A stretch of DNA of 62,063 bases from Chitinophaga pinensis (lineage in GTDB: Bacteria > Bacteroidota > Bacteroidia > AKYH767-A > OLB10). The notes under the pieces were generated by a model, which saw only the letters and a list, made by a program, of their open reading frames with translations, was not told where the DNA came from and ran no database searches. Position 1 is the first letter of the stretch, and the number at the start of each line of letters is the position of its first letter. The stretch is taken from the NCBI GenBank assembly GCA_943332105.1, contig CALQOD010000003.1:1-62063 (forward strand), read 5' to 3'. Made by a program: the position numbers and the translations under genes. Positions 49,562 to 58,515 of the stretch are shown here, one piece after another.

Positions 49562-50874
49562 TGGGAATACTGCTAGCCTTATTTTATGCTTTGATTATTG
49601 CTTATTGTATTTATCGTTTTGAAACGCTCAGGCCAAAGAATATGCAATGGGAAATTCCTGCAGTTTACTTTTTGGCAAAGTGTATTGTTGGAATTGGTCT
49701 AGGTCTGTTTTATTTAAAGTATTATGGTGCTGGTGATACCTATGGTTATTTCAGCGACTCCGGACATTTATTTTCGACGTTATTTAATGAACCAAAGCAG
49801 TTTTTAAAAATTATGCTTGGCTATCATTTAGATAGTCCAGATACTGCACGAAATGTTGCTTCTTTGCACACATGGGTAGATAGTGGTTTCGATGAGTATT
49901 ACAATGATGCAAAATCACTCGTTAAGTTAAATACGATTTTTCGATTTGTTTCTTTCGGCCATTACGAAGTGCATGTGGTTTTGATGGCATTTTTGGCATA
50001 TATCGGATTGCTATTATTGTATAATGTGTTTTTAAAAGATAGCGTTCCGAATAATAAAGGTGCATGGCTGATTTTACTTTTTATTTTTATAATTCCTTCT
50101 CATTTTATTTGGAGTTCTGGACTTATGAAGGAGCCATTAATCTTATTTGTGTTTGCTGTTTTACTATACCTGACAAATATTACAACACAGGAAATGCGCA
50201 TTAGGTACATACCTTATTTTATTGGTATAGTGATTATCTTTTGTTTCATTAAAATTTATTTATTGTTCATTATGCTGCCAGGCATTCTCGCTATTTATAG
50301 TTTTCGATTTAAAAAACCATCGATTCAAATTTTGATGTTGGGAGTGTTTTATTTTGTTGCTATTTCTAGTGTCTTATTATTAGGAAAGTTTAATTCAAAT
50401 TTCGATTTGCCTGCTTTGATGTTTGGAAAGCAGTTGAATACTTATCGTTTCGCAGTGTTTATGAATGCAGGTAGTCTCGTGCAACCAATTTCTTTTGCAC
50501 CATCAGTAACTAGTTTTTTAAAACATTTTCCAGAAGCATCTTGGTATGCATTTTTTCATCCTACTTTATCAGAGTTGAAAGAATGGTGGTTCTTTCCTTT
50601 TTCATTTGAATCATGGATAATCATTTTCTTCTTCATATTGAATATTGTACTAGATAAAGGCAAAATGTATTTTAATTCTTCGTTTTGTGTATTGTCGTTG
50701 ATTATTGCAGTGATGTTACTAGCTTTAGTTGGATTTACTAACCCTGTGTTGGGTAATATCGTGCGCTACCGAATGATTGCAATGCTTGTTTTAATTCTTT
50801 CTTCTGGTTCAACATTAATCAAGTTGCTTAATCAGAAATATATCAGTAACACAAATGAAAAAATCGAATTATGA
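49561..50874 (+). CDS. Polytopic membrane protein, GT-C/Wzy-like (paralog B)
   Basis: YYGAGDTYGYFSD, IWSSGLMKEPL, GNIVRYR; TGATG overlap with paralog A. Confidence 0.7.
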   Translation: MGILLALFYALIIAYCIYRFETLRPKNMQWEIPAVYFLAKCIVGIGLGLFYLKYYGAGDTYGYFSDSGHLFSTLFNEPKQFLKIMLGYHLDSPDTARNVASLHTWVDSGFDEYYNDAKSLVKLNTIFRFVSFGHYEVHVVLMAFLAYIGLLLLYNVFLKDSVPNNKGAWLILLFIFIIPSHFIWSSGLMKEPLILFVFAVLLYLTNITTQEMRIRYIPYFIGIVIIFCFIKIYLLFIMLPGILAIYSFRFKKPSIQILMLGVFYFVAISSVLLLGKFNSNFDLPALMFGKQLNTYRFAVFMNAGSLVQPISFAPSVTSFLKHFPEASWYAFFHPTLSELKEWWFFPFSFESWIIIFFFILNIVLDKGKMYFNSSFCVLSLIIAVMLLALVGFTNPVLGNIVRYRMIAMLVLILSSGSTLIKLLNQKYISNTNEKIEL

Positions 50875-52577
50875 GTTTATTCAGAAAGAAAAATATTCAT
50901 CATATACTGAAATCTGTTGAAAGCAACGAAGGACAGTTGGCACTTAAAAAGCATTTGCGTGTTCGCGACTTAACAGCATTCGGAATTGCTGCAATTATCG
51001 GAGCAGGTATTTTTAGTACAATTGGTCAAGCTTCTGCATCGGGTGGGCCAGGAGTGATTTTTCTTTTTGTGTTTACTGCTATCGCTTGCGGGTTCGCAGC
51101 TTTTTGTTATGCGGAATTTGCAAGTATGGTTCCAGTAAGTGGTTCTGCATATACGTATTCATATGTTGCTTTCGGCGAGTTGTTCGCTTGGATTATCGGA
51201 TGGGCACTCATTATGGAATACGCCATTGGAAATATTGTCGTAGCTATTTCGTGGTCTGGTTATTTCGCTTCTTTACTTGAGCATATTCATCTTCCTTTCC
51301 TTGGTTTGCAAAATGGTATTCATCTTCCTGAATGGTCGGGCATCGATTATTTCTCTGCTAAACGAGCATACGAAGCTGCTCTGGCTAATTCAGTTGATGT
51401 TTCGTTAGTACAATCCGAAGGATATCTTGCATGGATAGGCGCACCTGTTATAGCAGGAGTAAAATTGATTTTAGATATTCCAGCTTTAATAATTAATGTT
51501 TTAATCACCTGGCTTGTTTATCGCGGAATTAAAGAAACGCGCAACGCATCAAATATTATGGTTGTGATTAAGCTTGCTGTAGTAGTGCTGGTAATTGGTT
51601 GCGGATTTTTCTATGTCAATACTGCAAACTGGTCGCCGTTTATGCCCGAAGGATTAGGAGGTATACTTGCTGGTGTATCAGCTGTTTTCTTTGCTTATAT
51701 TGGCTTTGATGCGATATCAACAACTGCGGAAGAATGTCATGATCCTCAACGCGATTTACCTCGTGGAATGATGTACTCTATTATTATTTGTACTGTGTTA
51801 TATGTGCTTATCGCACTCGTTTTAACGGGAATGGTGAATTATAAAAAATTAGGTGTTAATGATCCACTTGCCTTTGCATTTAGTGAGGTAGGATTAAATT
51901 GGATCAGTGGAATAATTGCAATTAGTGCAGTGGTCGCGATGGCAAGTGTATTACTGGTATTTCAAATGGGGCAACCTCGCATTTGGATGAGTATGAGTCG
52001 CGATGGTTTATTACCTAAACGTTTTGCAGCAATTCATCCTAAATTTGGAACACCGGGATTTTCTACAATTGTCACTGGTGTTTTAGTCGGTGTGCCTATT
52101 TTATTTATTGATATGAATACAGTTGTAGATCTTTGCTCTATAGGAACCTTGTTCGCTTTTATTCTTGTTTGTGGCGGTGTGCTCATGTTGCAAAACAATA
52201 GAGATTTACCTCGTAAGTTTAAAGTTCCTTACATCAACGGAAAAATAGTAGTACCGGTTTTATTTATTGTACTTACTACATATCTTTTCAAGTACCAGTC
52301 AGGTTGGTTTAATGAAAATGTTAATCCGTTTGTGAATACTGATACGATTCCAATGTTTATTTTCTTCGTTGTTTTTTTAATCATGGCCATCGCTTCTATT
52401 TTGAAAAATCTTTCGTTGATACCTGTACTCGGAATATTAACTTGTCTTTATCTTATGGCGCAAATTCATGTCAAAAACTGGATTGGCTTTACTATTTGGT
52501 TAATCATCGGATTGGTTATTTATTTTTCTTATAGTTATCATAATAGTAAATTAAATGCAACTAGCTTTGCAAAATAA
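50871..52577 (+). CDS. APC-family amino acid permease
   Basis: GIAAIIGAGIF, YAEFASMVPVSGSAYTY, FAYIGFD, SRDGLLP. Confidence 0.93.
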   Translation: MSLFRKKNIHHILKSVESNEGQLALKKHLRVRDLTAFGIAAIIGAGIFSTIGQASASGGPGVIFLFVFTAIACGFAAFCYAEFASMVPVSGSAYTYSYVAFGELFAWIIGWALIMEYAIGNIVVAISWSGYFASLLEHIHLPFLGLQNGIHLPEWSGIDYFSAKRAYEAALANSVDVSLVQSEGYLAWIGAPVIAGVKLILDIPALIINVLITWLVYRGIKETRNASNIMVVIKLAVVVLVIGCGFFYVNTANWSPFMPEGLGGILAGVSAVFFAYIGFDAISTTAEECHDPQRDLPRGMMYSIIICTVLYVLIALVLTGMVNYKKLGVNDPLAFAFSEVGLNWISGIIAISAVVAMASVLLVFQMGQPRIWMSMSRDGLLPKRFAAIHPKFGTPGFSTIVTGVLVGVPILFIDMNTVVDLCSIGTLFAFILVCGGVLMLQNNRDLPRKFKVPYINGKIVVPVLFIVLTTYLFKYQSGWFNENVNPFVNTDTIPMFIFFVVFLIMAIASILKNLSLIPVLGILTCLYLMAQIHVKNWIGFTIWLIIGLVIYFSYSYHNSKLNATSFAK

Positions 52578-52588
52578 ATTATAAAAAT

Positions 52589-53347
52589 ATGTCTATCGCA
52601 TTAATCACTGGAGCTACTTCAGGTTTTGGAAAAGCTACCGCAATACGTTTTGCAGAGCATGGATACAATGTAATTATTACAGGTAGAAGACAAGATCGTT
52701 TAAACGAACTTGAAGACTATGTAAAAGAAAATTTTGAGGTCGATGTGCTAACCCTATGTTTTGATGTTCGCAATCGCGAGGAAACAATCAATGAGCTAAA
52801 TGCAATTCCGCACGATTGGAAAGATGTTACTGTGTTAGTCAATAATGCAGGACTAGCAGCGGGACTTTCAACTATTCAAGATGGTGATATCGACGATTGG
52901 GAAACAATGATTGATACCAATTTAAAAGGCTTGTTGTATGTAACGCGTACTGTCTCTCCTTGGATGATTAAAAACAACAAAGGACATATCATCAATATCG
53001 GCTCTATCGCAGGTAAAGATGTTTATCCGAAAGGCAATGTTTATTGTGCAACCAAATTTGCTGTTGGTGCATTAAGTCAAGCTATGCGCATTGATATGTT
53101 GCCGCATGGCATTCGAGTTACAGCTATCCATCCAGGTGCAGCAGAAACAGAATTTTCACTAGTGCGCTATCACGGTGATGCAGAAAAAGCAAAGAATGTG
53201 TATGCAGGTTATGAACCTTTAATCGCAGATGATATTGCCGACATCGCTTACTTTGCTGTTAGTCGACCAGCCCATGTTGTATTGAATGAAATTGTAGTAA
53301 CACCAACTGCGCAAGCTGCTCCAGCCTACTGGCACAAACAACTGTAA
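52589..53347 (+). CDS. SDR oxidoreductase (YdfG-like)
   Basis: TGATSGFG, NNAG, YCATK (YxxxK). Confidence 0.92.
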   Translation: MSIALITGATSGFGKATAIRFAEHGYNVIITGRRQDRLNELEDYVKENFEVDVLTLCFDVRNREETINELNAIPHDWKDVTVLVNNAGLAAGLSTIQDGDIDDWETMIDTNLKGLLYVTRTVSPWMIKNNKGHIINIGSIAGKDVYPKGNVYCATKFAVGALSQAMRIDMLPHGIRVTAIHPGAAETEFSLVRYHGDAEKAKNVYAGYEPLIADDIADIAYFAVSRPAHVVLNEIVVTPTAQAAPAYWHKQL

Positions 53348-53348
53348 T

Positions 53349-54533
53349 TTACTTTTTATTTGGTGGGGGTAGTCGACTAATTAATTGAAGTGACTGCTTA
53401 GGATCAACGCCTTGTTTCGTCGCCTGATCAATGGCATGATATAAAACAGTTCTTGCTTCATCGTATTTTTCATTTCGATAATATAAACAAGCAAGGGTGT
53501 AATTGTTTTTATAAGTATCCATTAATGATACCGCTTTCAGCGACCAGCCCTCTGCGCGACGTAATAAATCTTTGTCGTATGCCTTCTCAAAAATATTGTA
53601 AGCCACATCATTTAATCGGCGATAATCATTAGTAGCATATTTGACAACAAACGAATCTACATTGTGAAAATACCCTTCCCAATCACCTTTCATCTTCATT
53701 TTATTCAAATCAGCAAAGGCAATAATTTTCTCTGCTAAATCAATTTCACTAGCACGCAATTTCTGCTGAATTGATAAATAGCCATTACTATCTACCATTT
53801 GAACTTTACTCATCAAGGCATTGATGTATAATCCCATGATTTTATTATCGATGGAGTCGGCTGTGTATTTGGCAGCATAATCAATTCGATGGTCTAAAAT
53901 CAATTTCATACATGGTTGCTCAATGTCTTTGTAAAGCTCATACATCATTTTCCAGCTATAGGTAGCCGTTAGTTTGTCTTCTGGTATTATAGTCAGGTAA
54001 TTATTAATCAACGACTGATTATCCATTCCTGCACGATCAACCATTTTAAAGTATTCATAGGTCTGCTGAGGGGATAATTTTCCATCTCTATATTTATATA
54101 CAAATGTTCTGAGTTGTTTTGTGCTATCTAGCGCGTCTTTTCCAATCTGTATAAAATCTTGTGCATCTTTTTTTCCAGTTACTCTATGAAGCATTTCTCC
54201 TTGTGCATTCATAAATAATAACACAGGAAAACTCTTTGCACGAATTGTTTTTTGATTTAGATTTTTTCCTTCTTTCTCTAAATCCATTTTAATACAAATG
54301 AAATTTTCATTGTAAAAATTACCGACAGCCTCCGTAATTAATACGCTATCTTTCATGTACTCGCAAAAGTGACACCAGGTAGCATAGCCAAATAAAAAAA
54401 CGGGTTTCTTTTCAGCAGCACTTTTTTGTAAAGCCTGCTCGTAAGAAATATCTTGAAATTGTAATCCTTTTTTTTGTGCATCTGCTTTATACAAACATAA
54501 AATCAAAAATAAAAACACCAGGCTATTCTTCAT
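53349..54533 (-). CDS. Exported thioredoxin-fold (DUF255/Thioredoxin_7-like) protein with helical C-terminus
   Basis: Signal peptide; YATWCHFC (CxxC); FPVLLF. Confidence 0.82.
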   Translation of the reverse strand: MKNSLVFLFLILCLYKADAQKKGLQFQDISYEQALQKSAAEKKPVFLFGYATWCHFCEYMKDSVLITEAVGNFYNENFICIKMDLEKEGKNLNQKTIRAKSFPVLLFMNAQGEMLHRVTGKKDAQDFIQIGKDALDSTKQLRTFVYKYRDGKLSPQQTYEYFKMVDRAGMDNQSLINNYLTIIPEDKLTATYSWKMMYELYKDIEQPCMKLILDHRIDYAAKYTADSIDNKIMGLYINALMSKVQMVDSNGYLSIQQKLRASEIDLAEKIIAFADLNKMKMKGDWEGYFHNVDSFVVKYATNDYRRLNDVAYNIFEKAYDKDLLRRAEGWSLKAVSLMDTYKNNYTLACLYYRNEKYDEARTVLYHAIDQATKQGVDPKQSLQLISRLPPPNKK

Positions 54534-54544
54534 ATTATATTGAC

Positions 54545-55189
54545 TTATCGTGTGGGTATTTCTGAGGTATTATTAGTGGGCACTAAACAGTAGGGCACGT
54601 ACCAGCGTTTTTCGGCAATTCTATTTTCATTGCTAACAACATTACCTTCGCAATCTAAAAATTCATTTTTTTTATTTCTGAAGAGCATGAAAAATTCTCC
54701 CGCTAATATCCCATTTAAAACTAACTCTTTTATTTCATCATCCGATTTGTCTTTGTATCCTATGCCATAGGCAATTCCTAAATCATTATTTAGCAAATCC
54801 ATCTGACAAGACATAGAATCTTGAAGTGCATTGTCTTCTTTTATGCTTTTATAAAAATGGACCTTATTACTTTCTTCATGCATTTGTCCAACTCTTCTTG
54901 CTTTTTTATCTCCAATATGTTTGGCGCTTAAAGCCATCCATAAAGCATGACGATAAGCATCTGCTTGTCCACCATGAATTAAACTATCAATTTTATTTTC
55001 TGTCATCTTTAATCGGACATCACTTCGCACTGCAGGAATGATTTTCTTTACTTTTTTAGCTGCTCTCGGATGAAACATTGCCCAGTGTTTTTCTTTACTA
55101 GACAAATCGCTATAGTGCACGTCGTTATTTTGTGCAGCTGTACGCAAACTGAAACCGGATACTAGCAGAAGTATTACAATTATCCTCAT
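54545..55189 (-). CDS. Exported DUF6973-like protein
   Basis: ADAYRHALW...MHEE...MDLLNNDLG motif set; signal peptide. Confidence 0.7.
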   Translation of the reverse strand: MRIIVILLLVSGFSLRTAAQNNDVHYSDLSSKEKHWAMFHPRAAKKVKKIIPAVRSDVRLKMTENKIDSLIHGGQADAYRHALWMALSAKHIGDKKARRVGQMHEESNKVHFYKSIKEDNALQDSMSCQMDLLNNDLGIAYGIGYKDKSDDEIKELVLNGILAGEFFMLFRNKKNEFLDCEGNVVSNENRIAEKRWYVPYCLVPTNNTSEIPTR

Positions 55190-55617
55190 TTAGAAGAGTA
55201 AAACGAAAGTGCTTTCCCTAAGGCAAAAGATAAAAACTGCAATTGTTCTTGCTTGTTGTCAATTTCGCCAGCTAAACTTACCCTAAAGCGATCCCATAAT
55301 AATTCATCCGCATCTGGGGAAGGAATACAATAATATTCCGGTGCGCCTCTCAATCGTGAATAAGCAATAATCATCGCACAAGGTTTTAGCTCTGTTGGGC
55401 GATACAATCCTTTCAAAACCATTTTGCGTTCGCCATACTCGTATTCTTTCAAATCAACAATGCGGTAGCCTGGCTTCAATGGTAATCCCATCTGTAAATA
55501 CATTTTGTAACCTGTGGTAGCCATGTTGAATTCTTCGTCTGTTGTAGGGCTAACACTTTGACATTTTCCTTGATATGACAAGAATAAAAGTGTAAATAGA
55601 AATAATAACTTTTTCAT
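55186..55617 (-). CDS. Hypothetical exported protein
   Basis: Signal peptide; ATGA overlap with the downstream gene. Confidence 0.7.
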   Translation of the reverse strand: MKKLLFLFTLLFLSYQGKCQSVSPTTDEEFNMATTGYKMYLQMGLPLKPGYRIVDLKEYEYGERKMVLKGLYRPTELKPCAMIIAYSRLRGAPEYYCIPSPDADELLWDRFRVSLAGEIDNKQEQLQFLSFALGKALSFYSSK

Positions 55618-55633
55618 TTGATTTTATTTGTTG

Positions 55634-55641
55634 CAAATTTA
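55634..55641 (-). promoter_or_regulatory. -7 box (TAAATTTG)
   Basis: Exact TAnnTTTG upstream of ATG 55617. Confidence 0.65.
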
Positions 55642-55668
55642 ATAATTCAGTTTTAGTAATAACGTATT

Positions 55669-56679
55669 TTACTCAAACAAGGTATGTAGTTTTTGATAGG
55701 CGTCGGAGGTTTCCTTTTTTAGCTTATTGATAATCTCTTCACAGGATGCGGTTTTGTCAATTAATGCACTACTTTGTCCTGCACTCCAAATGGAGTTGTA
55801 ATTACCCGGTTGTATCGCTTTCTCTAACTTTTTCATTCCTCGAAATTGCGTAATCATCTTAAACCATTTTTTGGTCGTCGGATTTTTATTCATCCAGCGC
55901 TCAATAAAATTTTGTTTTAATCCAATACGCTTTACATAGTCTGTATTAATTACCGAACATGGTGTGCCCGATAATCGCTCCGTCATAACGATATCGTCTA
56001 TACCCGCATCAATAATCGCTTGCTTGTATTCATTACTCACCGTAGCTTCATCGCAGGTAATAAAATGTGTTCCGATGCTTATTCCCGCAGCTCCTAAACT
56101 TAATGCTGCTAATATTCCTTGACCGTCTGCAATTCCTCCTGCCATCACTACAGGAATGGTTGGAAATTCTTTTCGCAAAACCGGAATTAATACTGTTGCT
56201 GGGTGAGGACCTGCATGTCCGCCAGCCCCTGAACATACTGCAATAAATCCATCTGCTCCTAACGATGCACATTTACGAGCATGTTCCATGTTTGTAACAT
56301 CGCAATAAACTTTTCCTCCATAACGATGCGCGCCTTCAATCACTTCTTTCGGATTTCCTAAGCTCGTGATAAAAAAAGGCACTTCTTCTTCTAAGCAAAT
56401 AGCAAGGTGTTTTTTATACAGTGCATTCGTTTGCTGAACGATTAAATTAACTCCGTAATTTCCACTGTTATTATTTTCTAATCGATATGTTTTTAATTCT
56501 GATAAAATACTTTTTAATTCACCTTCATTTCTGTAATTCAAGCTTGGGAAAACACCCAAAATTTTATTTCGAATAGCCGCTTTTATCATTGCCTCATTTG
56601 AAACTAAAAACATTGGAGCCATAATCATCGGAAAGTCTATTCCTGCCTGTTCACAAAGTACTGTATTCATTTTCTTCAT
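55669..56679 (-). CDS. Nitronate monooxygenase / FabK-like flavin oxidoreductase
   Basis: MAPMFLVS, AGGHAG, AGGIADG, GTHF. Confidence 0.88.
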   Translation of the reverse strand: MKKMNTVLCEQAGIDFPMIMAPMFLVSNEAMIKAAIRNKILGVFPSLNYRNEGELKSILSELKTYRLENNNSGNYGVNLIVQQTNALYKKHLAICLEEEVPFFITSLGNPKEVIEGAHRYGGKVYCDVTNMEHARKCASLGADGFIAVCSGAGGHAGPHPATVLIPVLRKEFPTIPVVMAGGIADGQGILAALSLGAAGISIGTHFITCDEATVSNEYKQAIIDAGIDDIVMTERLSGTPCSVINTDYVKRIGLKQNFIERWMNKNPTTKKWFKMITQFRGMKKLEKAIQPGNYNSIWSAGQSSALIDKTASCEEIINKLKKETSDAYQKLHTLFE

Positions 56680-56710
56680 CACGTATATTGGCTCTTTGAC
56701 GTTTGTCTGC

Positions 56711-56718
56711 TATATTTG
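56711..56718 (+). promoter_or_regulatory. -7 box (TATATTTG)
   Basis: Exact TAnnTTTG upstream of ATG 56742. Confidence 0.7.
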
Positions 56719-56741
56719 ACATAAAGCTAAAAAAAATACTA

Positions 56742-58514
56742 ATGGAAGTAACTTGTTTGTTTGATTTAATTGATCGTTATGAAGAGCGCTATGCTTTTAA
56801 AGACGATTCGTTGGTGAATAAAATTAACGGTGAATGGGTAAAGCATTCAGCTCCCGAATTTATAAATACTGTACGTAATGTTAGTTACGGGTTGCTAAAT
56901 ATCGGAATGCAAAAAGGCGATACGTTTGCCACCCTAAGTAATAATCGCCCCGAATGGAATTTCGTCGATTTAGGTGCTATGTGCATTGGAGGAATTCATG
57001 TTCCTGTGTATACGAATCTTTCTGCAAATGATTTACAATTTATCATCAAAGATGCAGGCATCAAATTCATCTTCGTTTCCAATCAAGAGATGTATGATAA
57101 AGCTCAGGAAGCAATCAAAGGATTTGATCAGGTGAAAGCTGTTTTTTCTTTTGATGATTTAAACGGCGTTAGAAGTTGGAAAGAAATAGTTGAAGCAGGT
57201 AAAAATAATCCCGCACCTGATAAGGTAAATGAAATTAAAGCAACTATTTCATCAAACGATTTAGCAACCTTGCTTTATACTAGCGGGACTACTGGTGTGC
57301 CAAAGGGTGTTATGCTCTCGCATAATAATATCGTAAGTCAGTTAATCGCAGCACAAAATCTAGCTCCTGTTAATGCACATAGTCGTGCTCTTAGTTTTTT
57401 ACCGCTTAATCACGTCTACGAACGCGTACTAACTTACTTGTATTTCTATTTAGGAGTTTCTATTTGGTATGCTGAGAGTATCGAAAAGGTCGCAGATAAT
57501 TTAAAGGAAGTGCAACCTGAAATTTTTGGTTGTGTTCCTCGTTTATTTGAAAAAGTATATGATAAAATTGTTGCGAAAGGAAATGATTTAACAGGTATAA
57601 AACGCAAACTTTTTTACTGGGCACTCGAACTTGGATTGCATTATGAAACGAATGGGAAAAATGGCTGGTGGTATGAGTTTCAACTAGGTATTGCACGAAA
57701 ATTAATTTTCAGTAAGTGGCAGGAAGCATTAGGTGGAAAAGTAAAAGCTGCAATTTCTGGTGGTGCTGCATTACAACCACGACTGGCACGTGTATTCTGG
57801 GCTGCACAAATCCCAATCTTAGAAGGCTATGGCTTGACAGAAACGAGTCCTGTTGTTGCAGTGAATACTTTAGATCCCGGCGGACTTAAATTCGGAACAG
57901 TTGGAAAGTTATTAGATAAGGTAACGGTGCGCATAGCCGAAGATGGAGAAATATTGTGTAAAGGTCCTAATTTAATGTTGGGCTATTATAACCGTCCCGA
58001 TTTAACAGCAGAAGTAATTGATGCGGAGGGCTGGTTTCATACAGGTGATATTGGGATGTTTGAAGACGGTGTTTATTTGAAAATAACTGATCGTAAAAAA
58101 GAAATTTTCAAAACATCTGGTGGTAAATACATTGTTCCGCAGGCGACAGAAAATAAATTAAAAGAATCACGTTTTATTGAACAAGTGATGGTAATTGGTG
58201 AAGGACAAAAATTTGCTGCTGCATTCATCGTTCCTGCTGTTCCATTTATTACTGAATGGGCATCACGCAAAGGAATTACGTTGCCATCTAGTCGTGAAGA
58301 GATTTGTAAAAACGAAGCCGTTATTCAGCGAATTCAAAAAGAAATTGATGCTGTAAATGCTACTCTTGGGAATTTTGAAGCAATTAAAAAGTTTGCCCTT
58401 TTATCTCGTGAATGGACAGTGGAAGGAGGGGAGTTATCTCCTAAACTAAGTCTGAAACGCAGAGTGATTCTAAGTGAAAATCAATCAGCGTTTAATCAGA
58501 TTTATAGCGAATAA
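56742..58514 (+). CDS. Long-chain fatty acyl-CoA synthetase (FadD15-like)
   Basis: YTSGTTGVPKG, EGYGLTET, TGDIG, DRKKEIFK. Confidence 0.93.
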   Translation: MEVTCLFDLIDRYEERYAFKDDSLVNKINGEWVKHSAPEFINTVRNVSYGLLNIGMQKGDTFATLSNNRPEWNFVDLGAMCIGGIHVPVYTNLSANDLQFIIKDAGIKFIFVSNQEMYDKAQEAIKGFDQVKAVFSFDDLNGVRSWKEIVEAGKNNPAPDKVNEIKATISSNDLATLLYTSGTTGVPKGVMLSHNNIVSQLIAAQNLAPVNAHSRALSFLPLNHVYERVLTYLYFYLGVSIWYAESIEKVADNLKEVQPEIFGCVPRLFEKVYDKIVAKGNDLTGIKRKLFYWALELGLHYETNGKNGWWYEFQLGIARKLIFSKWQEALGGKVKAAISGGAALQPRLARVFWAAQIPILEGYGLTETSPVVAVNTLDPGGLKFGTVGKLLDKVTVRIAEDGEILCKGPNLMLGYYNRPDLTAEVIDAEGWFHTGDIGMFEDGVYLKITDRKKEIFKTSGGKYIVPQATENKLKESRFIEQVMVIGEGQKFAAAFIVPAVPFITEWASRKGITLPSSREEICKNEAVIQRIQKEIDAVNATLGNFEAIKKFALLSREWTVEGGELSPKLSLKRRVILSENQSAFNQIYSE

Positions 58515-58515
58515 T

